51,058 nucleotides of DNA from Promethearchaeota archaeon (GTDB lineage: Archaea > Asgardarchaeota > Lokiarchaeia > Sigyniarchaeales > SOKP01), in the NCBI GenBank assembly GCA_019057795.1, contig JAHLWS010000014.1:1-51058 (forward strand). The letters are read 5' to 3'. Of the stretch, positions 39,373 through 49,122 are shown piece by piece. Below the pieces are notes generated by a model, which was not told the origin of the DNA, made no database searches, and saw only the letters and a list, made by a program, of their open reading frames with translations. Position 1 is the stretch's first letter, and each line of letters begins with the position of its first letter. A program made the position numbers and the translations under genes.

Positions 39373-39580
39373 TATTTTTCACTTTTTTTTAAAATTATTC
39401 TAAAAACAATGGTATTATAATATTTTACATACTAGTATAAAAGGTTTTCTTCAAAAATTACCGGTAAAAATATAATTTTACCATTAATAAAAATCATGAA
39501 AAAAAATAAATAGTAATTAAATTTTGCTTTAGATAACTGTTTAAATGTAATGAATAACAAAAATATCGGGTGTCAAATAG

Positions 39581-39862
39581 ATTTACTATCGAGGATACAT
39601 TTTGGTTCGCTTAAAGATTATCGGAACTCAATGGAAGATTGTAGAGAAATTGAAGGGTTTGAAACCAGAAGAAGATCAAGATTGGAAGATTACTTATACA
39701 TCCCCTACTTATGGTGGTTGGGATTTAATTGTAGAATGCATTTTTAATAACTTAGAAGATTTGGATAAAATCGTGTCCTTCTGTCGAACTGATGAAGATT
39801 TAAAAGAGTGGATCGATGCCACAACAACTCTGATCAGCACAAAAAGAAATTTTGAAGAATAG
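39581..39862 (+). CDS. Stand-alone Lrp/AsnC C-terminal (RAM-like) domain protein, probable ATT start
   Basis: RGYILVRL...TYGGWDLIVE..NNLEDLDKIV...TTTLIS. The first beta strand begins upstream of TTG 39602. GGGTG lies 8 nt before ATT 39581, which directly follows an in-frame TAG. Confidence 0.65.
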   Translation: MYYRGYILVRLKIIGTQWKIVEKLKGLKPEEDQDWKITYTSPTYGGWDLIVECIFNNLEDLDKIVSFCRTDEDLKEWIDATTTLISTKRNFEE

Positions 39863-39885
39863 AGGTTTTTTTCTTATTTTATCAC

Positions 39886-40884
39886 TCAAATCAAATTATT
39901 AATAATAATCTCGGAAATATCTGACGAGTATTCACCTGTTCTCCTGATGCTTTCGATTATAAACCCTATTTCAACAAGATACTCTGAATTAGGATTAATT
40001 TTAATAAAATTACATACTTTTGTTAATTTTTTAGTGGATTCGATGGTTTCATTTGCTAATGTTAAACTATTTTGAAGCCAGGCGTCTAAACTCATGTTTA
40101 ATAAGTCTAAAGAAATCCTACTTGCATTCATAATGTTTTTGTACAATTCTTTATCGATTTTTTGGTAATCTATAAGTAAAACATTTCGCGCGATTTTTAC
40201 GGCGTGGTCCGCAATTCTCTCTAGAAATCGGCCTATAAATTTATAATTACTGGCATCTTCTAATGTAATACCTAATTTTTGGCACAATATAATATCTCGT
40301 AATACAATGTGAGCCTGGCGCTCGACTAGCCAATTCAATCGATCAATTTCATCATCACTTTCAATCACTTTTTCCGCTAGCCTTTTATCCTCCGTTTCCA
40401 AGGCTTTAAGTGCGTCCTCGTGCATACCATTAGCTAGGATATACATCCTCCTGATCGTTTTTTCAAATGGCATTTCTTTTGGGTCGAGTAAATCTTTGAT
40501 TATAATATTGTTATCTGTTTCCTCTATTATTTCAGTCCCTATTGTAATTTTTCTGAAATTTATTACAGTATCTCTTATTTTTGACTCAATCTTTTTACTA
40601 GATTTCACTTCTATAATGTTATACCCCATAATATAAGCTCCAACTAATAATCGAAACAAGAAATCAGAGTTTTTAATCTCGTCAATGTCGAACTTCTTCT
40701 CTCTTATAAGTTTTTCTGAACTTATGTAAGGAGTAATAAGTAAATTACCATCTGGTTGTGACAGGATTCCAATAGTATCTTTAACCTGAATTCCGTGCTT
40801 ATCAATCCATTCTCTTGGTAGACTAATGATATAAGTAGACCCACCCGTTTTTTGTACTTTTCTTGTTTCAATATTGAAAGACAT
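39886..40884 (-). CDS. Archaeal AbrB-PhoU phosphate uptake regulator
   Basis: ETRKVQKTGGSTYIISLPREW, LVGAYIMGY, DDEIDRL and LERIADHA motifs. ATG 40884, or GTG 40896. Confidence 0.9.
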   Translation of the reverse strand: MSFNIETRKVQKTGGSTYIISLPREWIDKHGIQVKDTIGILSQPDGNLLITPYISSEKLIREKKFDIDEIKNSDFLFRLLVGAYIMGYNIIEVKSSKKIESKIRDTVINFRKITIGTEIIEETDNNIIIKDLLDPKEMPFEKTIRRMYILANGMHEDALKALETEDKRLAEKVIESDDEIDRLNWLVERQAHIVLRDIILCQKLGITLEDASNYKFIGRFLERIADHAVKIARNVLLIDYQKIDKELYKNIMNASRISLDLLNMSLDAWLQNSLTLANETIESTKKLTKVCNFIKINPNSEYLVEIGFIIESIRRTGEYSSDISEIIINNLI

Positions 40885-41097
40885 AACTTTTTCCACTAAA
40901 TTGTGTGTTTTATAAATATTATATTTATATAGAAAATAAATATTTTTTATATATTCTATATATTTTTCCTCAAGAATTTATAGATTTGTTTTAATTTATT
41001 TTATATTATACATATTTCAGGCACCAATCTTTAGAGTATATTGAAGAAATGGGTAATGTGAAGATTTAATAATATCTAACAACTTAAAGGGATTAAG

Positions 41098-42012
41098 ATG
41101 AATGAAAGATATTTTAAAAATAAAAACGCAGTAATCACTGGAGCAGCAAGCGGGATTGGTCGAACTTTAGCCTTAGAACTCGCCAAAATGGGAACTAACC
41201 TTGTGATTTCAGATATTAACTTGGAGCGATTAGAAAACGTAAAAGAAGAAGTGGAAGCTTATAAAGTTAAAGTCGTCTCAAAGAAGTGTGATGTCTCGAA
41301 AAAATCCGATGTTAAAAACTTGCGAGATACTACGCTCTTAAACATGCAAGATGTACATTTTCTTTTTAGCAACGCAGGAATAGCGGCAGGTGGACATCTT
41401 GAAAGCTTTTCAAACGAAATATGGAGGAATGTCATCAATGTAAACATATGGGGCATGATTAATTTAGTTAATGCGTTTATTCCTAAAATGGTAGAACAAG
41501 GTTTTGGGCACGTTATTGTAACCGGCTCTATTGCGGGAATAATTGGAGCTGGTGGATTAATTCCGTACAGCACCTCTAAATTTGCTAATTTTGGATTCTG
41601 TGAAGCTTTGTACGGAGAATTTAAAGATAAAGGAATAGATGTTTCTATAATTTGTCCGTTCCCTATTAAAACTAATCTAATTGAAACAGCTAAAATGAGT
41701 TTTTCTCCCGATTTGCTTAGTAAATATAGTCAAGAGCAGTTAGCCAAAGGCTTCGAATTTGGAAAGGAACAATATTGGAATGAATTCACAAAAGGAGGAT
41801 GCGAGTTAGATAGGGCAATACACATTTATCTCAAAAAAATCGCTAAAAAAAAACTCTATATAAGCGAACGTAAAAAAGCGAGATATCTCTTCTTTATAAA
41901 AGGGCTATGGCCAAATTTTTATAAAAAGCTCGTGAGGAAAGTAGGTGCTGAACACATTAATGTGCTGGACGAATCAACTAAAAAAGCCATTGATTTCATA
42001 GAAAATATCTAG
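41098..42012 (+). CDS. Short-chain dehydrogenase/reductase
   Basis: TGAASGIG, SNAG and YSTSK motifs. Confidence 0.92.
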   Translation: MNERYFKNKNAVITGAASGIGRTLALELAKMGTNLVISDINLERLENVKEEVEAYKVKVVSKKCDVSKKSDVKNLRDTTLLNMQDVHFLFSNAGIAAGGHLESFSNEIWRNVINVNIWGMINLVNAFIPKMVEQGFGHVIVTGSIAGIIGAGGLIPYSTSKFANFGFCEALYGEFKDKGIDVSIICPFPIKTNLIETAKMSFSPDLLSKYSQEQLAKGFEFGKEQYWNEFTKGGCELDRAIHIYLKKIAKKKLYISERKKARYLFFIKGLWPNFYKKLVRKVGAEHINVLDESTKKAIDFIENI

Positions 42013-42114
42013 ATAATTAAAGCACTAATTCTAAAAAATTGAATATAAGAAATTTGAGAAAAAATTTTTTAATTTATTTTTTTTAATTTAGTAGATTTAA
42101 TTGAATTTTTAATT

Positions 42115-42621
42115 TTACAGGAATAATTCCATAAATATCTCATCATCGTAATTCCCATCTAACTTAACTTGTTTAGCTAAAACTCCTTTTTTAATAAATC
42201 CTAATTTTTTATAGAAATTTTGCGCTTTATTATTGCTCCCTCGAACATAAATAATAATTTTTTCATAGCGATTCAATTTAGCAAAATTAATTGTGTAGCG
42301 TGCCAATTGTTCTCCAATTCCATTTCTCCTCCAATTAGGAAGGATAAAAGTACCCATAACGCCAACATGATCGAATGAATTTGTATATTTTGCCCATAGA
42401 TCTAAAGATTGGAATCCTACTATTTGTTTTTTAATTTCTGCTAAAAAAATTCCTTCTCGATCGGAAAGTTGGGCTATATATGTTCTCTCTTGTTCAGATG
42501 TAAAAGGAATATTAACCGCAGTATAAATTTTTTCAGCACAAATAACTTTCCATATTGAAGAAATTGCTCTTGCATCGTCAATTGTTGCTTTATGTATATT
42601 CAAGTCCATTATTTTTCTCAA
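42115..42621 (-). CDS. GNAT-family N-acetyltransferase
   Basis: RRNGIG and NNKAQNFYKKLGF motifs. The start may be the internal ATG (MDLNI). Confidence 0.88.
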   Translation of the reverse strand: MRKIMDLNIHKATIDDARAISSIWKVICAEKIYTAVNIPFTSEQERTYIAQLSDREGIFLAEIKKQIVGFQSLDLWAKYTNSFDHVGVMGTFILPNWRRNGIGEQLARYTINFAKLNRYEKIIIYVRGSNNKAQNFYKKLGFIKKGVLAKQVKLDGNYDDEIFMELFL

Positions 42622-42738
42622 AACTATGAATTATATTAGATAATATCAAATTGAATTACCATATTATGTTTTCTAAGTTAAGAAAATGTAAAAATAATTG
42701 GTATTATAAATAAAAGAAAAGAAAAAAGAATAGTTTAT

Positions 42739-44097
42739 TTATAGGCGAGTAATATATCTGTTCCGTTCCCACTCGCTTACAACAACTCGATAAGCATCAT
42801 TTTCTTCTAACTTCGCGTAATAGAAGTTTTTAAATGGTTCTTCTCCAAACACTTCTTTCAAAAAATCTGAATTTCTAAACTCATTCAGGGCTTCGCTTAA
42901 ACTTCCAGGTAGGGAGTTAATTCCTTCTTTTATCATCTCTTTCGTTGTTAAATTGTAGACGTTTCTATCCGTTGGTTCAGTGATTTCTATATCATCTGAT
43001 AAAATTCCGTCCAATCCAGTTGATAAAAGGACGGCAAATTGTAAGTATGGATTTCCAGCAGGGTCAGGACATCTTATCTCGCATCTAGCAGCAGTGGTTT
43101 TACCGTGAAATTCGGGTACTCTTATTAATGGTGACCTATTCCTAAAACCCCACGCAATATAAACTGGCGCTTCAAAACCCGGTACAAGTCGTTTGTAAGA
43201 ATTTGGCCAACTACTTAAAACAGCACACATAGCTTTCGCGTGTTTAAGTTGCCCAGCGATCCACTTCTTCATAGTATAAGAAATAAAAGCCGGATCGGAT
43301 TCATCGTAAAATATGTTTACTCCGTTTTTCCAAAGACTCTGATGAACATGCATCCCAGAACCATTTATGCCATCAAAAGGTTTGGGCATAAATGTTGCCG
43401 TCATGTTATTCTTTGCTGCGACCATCTTGACTATCATTTTAATTGTATTCGTATTGTCAGCAGTTTCTACTGCTTTACCATAGCGAAAATCGATTTCGTG
43501 CTGTCCCAATGCGACCTCGTGGTGTAAACATTCGATCTCAATTCCAAAAGCGTCGCAATATTCAGCAATCGTGTATCTCATTTTTTCGTTAATATCGTAT
43601 GGATCATAATCAAAATAACCCCTCATATCTGACGGCTTAAACGCTGCCTCTCTCGATTGTTGTTCTAACATAAAAAACTCCATTTCTGGCGCACAGTAAA
43701 ACGTGAATCCGTGTTTTTCCGCCTTTTTAACGGCTTTTTGAAGAATATAGCGCGGATCGCCTTCAAATCTCGTACTATCAGGGTTATATATGTCGCAAAA
43801 AACGCGAGCAACCTTTCTATTGTCGTTCCTCCAAGGAACAATGTTAAATGTGCTTGGATCAGGAAGTGCAACTTTATCAGATTCTTCTATGGCTCCATAA
43901 CCCGTTATGGAACTCCCATCAAAGTTCTCGCCTATATCAAAAAATTCTTCGATCCTTTTCGAATTTATCTCAAAAGACTTAATAATACCTTGAATATCGG
44001 TAAATTGAAGGTATATAAACTTAATACCTTCCTCTTTAACCTTCTCGATTACCGTCTCACATAACCCTTTTCTCTTCGGATCCTCCTTTTCAATCAT
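42739..44097 (-). CDS. glnA: Glutamine synthetase type I family
   Basis: FDGSSITG, HHEVALGQHEIDF, ATFMPKP, NGSGMHVHQSL, NSYKRLVPGFEAP, NRSPLIRVP and EIRCPDPAGNPYL motifs. Confidence 0.9.
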   Translation of the reverse strand: MIEKEDPKRKGLCETVIEKVKEEGIKFIYLQFTDIQGIIKSFEINSKRIEEFFDIGENFDGSSITGYGAIEESDKVALPDPSTFNIVPWRNDNRKVARVFCDIYNPDSTRFEGDPRYILQKAVKKAEKHGFTFYCAPEMEFFMLEQQSREAAFKPSDMRGYFDYDPYDINEKMRYTIAEYCDAFGIEIECLHHEVALGQHEIDFRYGKAVETADNTNTIKMIVKMVAAKNNMTATFMPKPFDGINGSGMHVHQSLWKNGVNIFYDESDPAFISYTMKKWIAGQLKHAKAMCAVLSSWPNSYKRLVPGFEAPVYIAWGFRNRSPLIRVPEFHGKTTAARCEIRCPDPAGNPYLQFAVLLSTGLDGILSDDIEITEPTDRNVYNLTTKEMIKEGINSLPGSLSEALNEFRNSDFLKEVFGEEPFKNFYYAKLEENDAYRVVVSEWERNRYITRL

Positions 44098-44289
44098 TTT
44101 TTACATCAATCATTTTTTTAAGTTTTGATAATGGAAATTATTCCACTTTTTGAATAAAAATGTGATATGGAATTTATAAATTTACTGATTAACTAGCGAT
44201 TTATTTTAGAAAATGTATAAAAAATTAAAATTGTGGTACTACAAAAATCTATCTTCTTGATTTTTGAAAGGGAAGAGAAGTTTATGGAT

Positions 44290-45234
44290 TCAAAAAAAAT
44301 CCATATCATGGCTTAACATAGGGTTTTTTTCCGTACATGGAACCCCAAATTGGCAAAATTCACAACCTACAAGGAAAATATCTTCTTTTAATTTCCAGTT
44401 AATACGGCGAGAATCAGGCTTCAGAATTGAACCAAGACGCGGTACCATTTTTCTGGCAACCTTCATGCGATATTTATTACATTTTACTTTATTATGTCCT
44501 TTTACTGTAATCGCATTTGCAGGGCACTTGTTAATGCATTCTTTGCAAATTCCTTTAGCATAATATAAACAGTTAGCGTAAGGTTCATCGCTCTTTCTTC
44601 GAGAAATTTGGATTGGGGCATTAGTAACCACGGAGGCTAATCTAATATTACATCCTACTTCAGTGATAAGTCCTTCGTGCAAACTGAAGGTTCCTAATCC
44701 CGTAGCAAAAGCGATATATCTTTCAGACCAAGTAGAATAATATCCTCCTTTTAAAACAATTGTATAAGCATCACTAAACAACCCAGATATAGCATTATAG
44801 CTTTTTTCTTTAAAGAAATTAATTGTTTGCTTTATTACATACCTTTTGAATTCATTGCCATAATTTCTAGCAACGGAATAGATTTCAGCTGGCAACGTTA
44901 TTTTAGGTAATTCAATTCGGTTATTACTTTCCTTGCGAATCTTATCAACAAAAGGAAACACTATTGATACTACATAAAGGTCCGACGCTGACAATTGCTC
45001 TTGACCACTTGCTATCCACATTTCTAGAGGTGTTAAATGTTTCTGACCTATAATTTTTTTAAACTTATGAAAAATGGGATCATTGCCTTGAGCAACGCCT
45101 ACTAATGGATGAGAAAAAATATTTCCACCCCCATATTTCTCTGGAAGACGGTTAAGCTTGCTAATTTTAAATTCTTTTTCTAAAAATCCTAATAATTTAT
45201 CATTCATTAATCCTAAAGAATTAGATTGCTCCAT
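44290..45234 (-). CDS. QueG/reductive-dehalogenase-like 4Fe-4S protein
   Basis: WSERYIAFATGLGTF, RLASVVT, CKECINKCP and CEFCQFGVPC motifs. Confidence 0.75.
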   Translation of the reverse strand: MEQSNSLGLMNDKLLGFLEKEFKISKLNRLPEKYGGGNIFSHPLVGVAQGNDPIFHKFKKIIGQKHLTPLEMWIASGQEQLSASDLYVVSIVFPFVDKIRKESNNRIELPKITLPAEIYSVARNYGNEFKRYVIKQTINFFKEKSYNAISGLFSDAYTIVLKGGYYSTWSERYIAFATGLGTFSLHEGLITEVGCNIRLASVVTNAPIQISRRKSDEPYANCLYYAKGICKECINKCPANAITVKGHNKVKCNKYRMKVARKMVPRLGSILKPDSRRINWKLKEDIFLVGCEFCQFGVPCTEKNPMLSHDMDFF

Positions 45235-45392
45235 TTTTAAAATTTTATTAAATTTTAATTTTCATTTATATTTTGAATTGTTTAATATGTAGGAAATATT
45301 GATTTTTAAAATATTTCATAAAATAAAGATAATAAAAATAGAGTGTCTTTCTTCACACCCTATCTTAAAAAAGGATCAAAATAAAATGGATT

Positions 45393-46265
45393 TTAATATT
45401 CAGACATATACTTATAAAAATGCTTAAAGAATCCTTTAGTTTTGTGAGTAATAAAATTTCCTTTAATTTCTGGGTCGTTAATTACATTTTGAATATTGTA
45501 GCCCTCTTTTATTACAAAAAGATTCATATATTTATTTGATATTGCCTTTTCCGGGCAAATGTAAACACAACGCATACAAAAAGTGCACTTATTTCCAAAT
45601 ATTATTTTCCCATTACTTACAGATATGTTTCTTGTAGGACATTCTTTTATACATTTACCACATAAATTACACGAGTCTGTTGTTATTAAATATTTACCAA
45701 AATAAGACGCACCATTACTCTCTGCTTTATTGAACATATAAGTTCCAATTTTTAGCCATAAACTATTTTTTTGAAGATTTACCTTTCCCAAAAGTATTTC
45801 TTTGGTTCCCCTTTTAACCTTCTTAACAGCTACTTCGTATAACTGTTTAATTAGAGAATCATCGTATTTAAGCATTACATTAGCAGGCATAACAATCAAG
45901 TTTTCATGAAATACTTTATACCCTTTTTTGTTAAGATGTTTTCTAACCAAGCTTGTAGACCCCCCAGAACAAAGCGGATCTCCTGCTGTTTTGAAAGTAA
46001 ATGTTTTTTTATCATCTACATTTGGCAACCTGTCAAGAAAATCAAAAAATATTTTTGGAGCGCTAAACGCATGTACAGGGTGTCCAAAACCTAGAAGGTC
46101 GTAATCATCTATAGAAAGCGCAAGTTTTTTATTTAAAATATCCTCAATAGGTATAAGCTTTGTACTGAACTCTTTCCTTTTGAACTTGTCTGCAAACAAA
46201 TTCGCAACTAATTTAGTGTTTCCCGTCCCAGAAAAATAGAAAATTCCTATATTTTGAATATTCAT
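45393..46265 (-). CDS. EFR1-type flavodoxin-ferredoxin fusion
   Basis: YFSGTGNT, MPAN, CNLCGKCIKECP and CTFCMRCVYICP motifs. Confidence 0.85.
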   Translation of the reverse strand: MNIQNIGIFYFSGTGNTKLVANLFADKFKRKEFSTKLIPIEDILNKKLALSIDDYDLLGFGHPVHAFSAPKIFFDFLDRLPNVDDKKTFTFKTAGDPLCSGGSTSLVRKHLNKKGYKVFHENLIVMPANVMLKYDDSLIKQLYEVAVKKVKRGTKEILLGKVNLQKNSLWLKIGTYMFNKAESNGASYFGKYLITTDSCNLCGKCIKECPTRNISVSNGKIIFGNKCTFCMRCVYICPEKAISNKYMNLFVIKEGYNIQNVINDPEIKGNFITHKTKGFFKHFYKYMSEY

Positions 46266-46482
46266 TTTTATTTCATTCCATAAATTAAATCTCTAGTTAT
46301 TCAATTAAAGTTAATGAACTATTCTTTAATATTCTTTAAACTTGCGATTCATTTATGAAATAATTTTAATCGTTAAAAATTGGACTCAATATTTTTTAAG
46401 AATGTTATGTCATTTTATATTTTAGGAATCTCTTATTAAAAGAGAATAAATCATAAAAAAAAAATAAAAAGAGTGAAAAAAA

Positions 46483-47049
46483 CTGTCAAGTGAAAAATAT
46501 AAACATCGTTATTATTCTAAAAAGAAATACGAAGCTGCAATTACCATTTTCGGAACTGGTCTTGTATTTTTATTCGTTGCGATTATGTCGTTAGTTTTTA
46601 GAGCGATTAATTTTGACCTTATCGGCTTATCAAGTTGGGGATTTTGGTTGTTCATTCCTGCTTTTTTCATTATGATTGGTGGGTTTCAACAGATTTATAC
46701 TAACATTCAATTCAAAAAAGCAGTAAGAGTTGCAATATTAGATCGTGGTAATCAGGGCGCTCATAAGTTAGAAGATATAGCGCTTGAAGTCGGGATTAAA
46801 CCTAAAGATGTGCTTCGGGTTCTTATCGATTTGCGTCAAAAAGGAGTTGTTAGTTATCGTTTTAATTCTGAAACTGGCGAGATTATCCTTGGAGAGAACA
46901 TCGTTTACGCTCCCGTTGATAATTACATAGCTCCACCTAAAAATCTTGCAGAACCCTTATCAACAGAAGGAAAGAGTTATTGTGTTTATTGTGGCCAGCA
47001 ACTTCGAGAAGGTTCCTTATTTTGCGAAAACTGCGGGTCTAAAATTTAA
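46483..47049 (+). CDS. Membrane protein with winged-helix and C-terminal zinc ribbon, probable CTG start
   Basis: The frame is open 34 codons upstream of ATG 46585, adding most of a TM helix. GAGTGA lies 6 nt before the CTG. LEDIALEVGI..DVLRVL and CVYCG..CENCG motifs. Confidence 0.7.
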   Translation: MSSEKYKHRYYSKKKYEAAITIFGTGLVFLFVAIMSLVFRAINFDLIGLSSWGFWLFIPAFFIMIGGFQQIYTNIQFKKAVRVAILDRGNQGAHKLEDIALEVGIKPKDVLRVLIDLRQKGVVSYRFNSETGEIILGENIVYAPVDNYIAPPKNLAEPLSTEGKSYCVYCGQQLREGSLFCENCGSKI

Positions 47050-47117
47050 TTTAAGTAATTTTTACTTTAAAAAACAATTTTATTTTTCTTTTTACTAAAC
47101 TTATTTGATTTTAAATC

Positions 47118-47288
47118 TCAATAGGTTGTTTCGTTATTTAGACAATTTTTACAGACTAATTCTATGTAATTACAAGATTCTCTCAAAAATAATTTATGAT
47201 GTTTTATTTCGCAATTATAGCACTCCTTCTTTCGATAAAATAAATTAGGAATAAGATATTCGTAAGATTTTATTTTTAGACTATTCAT
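47118..47288 (-). CDS. Small putative zinc-ribbon protein (56 aa)
   Basis: ATG-started ORF absent from the ORF track, with CYNC-x19-CKNC, lying in a 420-bp gap. Confidence 0.55.
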   Translation of the reverse strand: MNSLKIKSYEYLIPNLFYRKKECYNCEIKHHKLFLRESCNYIELVCKNCLNNETTY

Positions 47289-47469
47289 AAGGAGCTAAAA
47301 ATCAAATTTTCTTTTAAGTCCAAACACGGTAGAGATTTTTTATTTGTAAATTACTTAATTGCGTTGTTTTTTTAAAAAGTTATAATGTGGTAAAAGATTT
47401 ATTATTATAATCTATTTACTAAGATAAGGATGATCAAAAATTATTATTGAGAAAATAGAAGGCAATGTA

Positions 47470-48441
47470 ATGAATCGACAAAATCGCGGTGAAAATAACA
47501 AGGCGCTAATAGAATTTCAAACTGTATCAAAAAGCTATAAGAATACTTTAGCTTTAGATAAAATTTCTTTCACTATAAACAAAGGAGATGTGTTTGGATA
47601 TATTGGACCTAACGGAGCGGGAAAAACGACCACAATTAAAATCCTAGTAGGATTAATAAGAGATTATACTGGAGATGTGTATATCGCCGGGAAAAATATA
47701 TCTAAATCTCACCAAGAGATATATAAAATACTAGGTTATCATCCACAAGAAGCGGGTTTCCAAAGATGGCGCACTATAAATCACGCTCTAAGAACATTTG
47801 GGCGTTTATCGGGTTTAGAATCTAATCGTCTCGAATCAAAAATTCAGGAAGTACTAGAATTTGTTAACCTACAAGATGTAAGGTATAAGAAGATAATTCA
47901 TTTATCGGGAGGGATGATTCAGAAATTAAGATTAGCTCAAGCACTTCTAGATGACCCTCAGATATTAGTGTTAGATGAGCCATTGTCCGGATTAGATCCG
48001 AGTAGTAGGTATCAAGTGAAAAACCTAATAAAAAATCTGAGCCAAAAGGGAATTACTATATTATTTTCTTCTCACATCTTAACTGACATTCAGGATATCG
48101 CAAATAAGATCGGTATAGTGAATAAAGGCAGAATTATTAAAATTGGCTCCCCTGAAGAACTACAAAGTGAGTTCCACATAGGTAACATTATCGAAATTGT
48201 ATATATTAAAGGAGGAAACCCTTGTCCAAATTTAGATGATATTGACGGAATCGAAAGAATCGAAATTGGCGCTTCTAACAAACAATTTGTTCATTTAAAA
48301 GTAGATGCTGATATAGACGATACAATTAACAGGATACTTAAAACGATAACAGAACACAAATCTAAAATGCGCAATTTTAGAATTCTAACGCCTAGTTTAG
48401 AGGAAGTCTATTTAAAATATATTGAGGGTGATGTTAGATGA
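47470..48441 (+). CDS. ABC-2 type transporter ATP-binding protein
   Basis: GPNGAGKTT, LSGGM, LDEPLSGLD and SSH motifs. Confidence 0.93.
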   Translation: MNRQNRGENNKALIEFQTVSKSYKNTLALDKISFTINKGDVFGYIGPNGAGKTTTIKILVGLIRDYTGDVYIAGKNISKSHQEIYKILGYHPQEAGFQRWRTINHALRTFGRLSGLESNRLESKIQEVLEFVNLQDVRYKKIIHLSGGMIQKLRLAQALLDDPQILVLDEPLSGLDPSSRYQVKNLIKNLSQKGITILFSSHILTDIQDIANKIGIVNKGRIIKIGSPEELQSEFHIGNIIEIVYIKGGNPCPNLDDIDGIERIEIGASNKQFVHLKVDADIDDTINRILKTITEHKSKMRNFRILTPSLEEVYLKYIEGDVR

Positions 48442-49100
48442 GTTTAAAGATTTTATTCTTAGACGAATTGAAAGGATTTTATAAATCAAAAGTTATGATT
48501 ATTTTGTGGGTAGGAATGCCCTTGTTATCGCTGCTATTCAATTTTATCGTTCCAGACACTGAAGGTATTCCAATCTCTTCTATAGTTGCACTTATGTTCT
48601 CTAGCATTGGTGGAATGCTTGCTTCTGCTATGTTGAGTACATCTATTGCGAGTGAAAAAGTACGGCATGTTTACGATTTATTTTTAATTAGACCAGTTAG
48701 ACGTACAAATATACTTTTAGCAAAATTTTTTGCTGTGTATTTGTGTTTAATTATTGCTACAGGCATCTCTCTTGCTATCGGTCTTATTATTGATCACTTT
48801 ACTATAGGAACTCTTCCTGAATATGTTATAGATCAAAATATAGAGTCACTAGCAATAAGTTTGGCAGCTATGGCAATTTCTTGTTCTATCGGAATATTTT
48901 TTGGCATAATGGTTTCATCTGTTCCTGTAGCCGCAATATTGTCAGTCTATTTAGGCAATCAAATTTCTGCAATTACTATTTTACCAACGCTCTTCTTAGA
49001 TTTTATCGATCCTATTCTTTTCTCTTTACTTATAGGTTCTATTGTACCAACAATTATACTAATAATAAGTATTACGATATTTGCGCGGAAACAGTTTTAA
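48438..49100 (+). CDS. ABC-2 type permease
   Basis: Six TM segments, SIASEK..LIRPVRR..LLAKF; ATGA overlap with the ATPase. Confidence 0.88.
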   Translation: MSLKILFLDELKGFYKSKVMIILWVGMPLLSLLFNFIVPDTEGIPISSIVALMFSSIGGMLASAMLSTSIASEKVRHVYDLFLIRPVRRTNILLAKFFAVYLCLIIATGISLAIGLIIDHFTIGTLPEYVIDQNIESLAISLAAMAISCSIGIFFGIMVSSVPVAAILSVYLGNQISAITILPTLFLDFIDPILFSLLIGSIVPTIILIISITIFARKQF

Positions 49101-49122
49101 TTGATCAATAAAATTGATTTTC

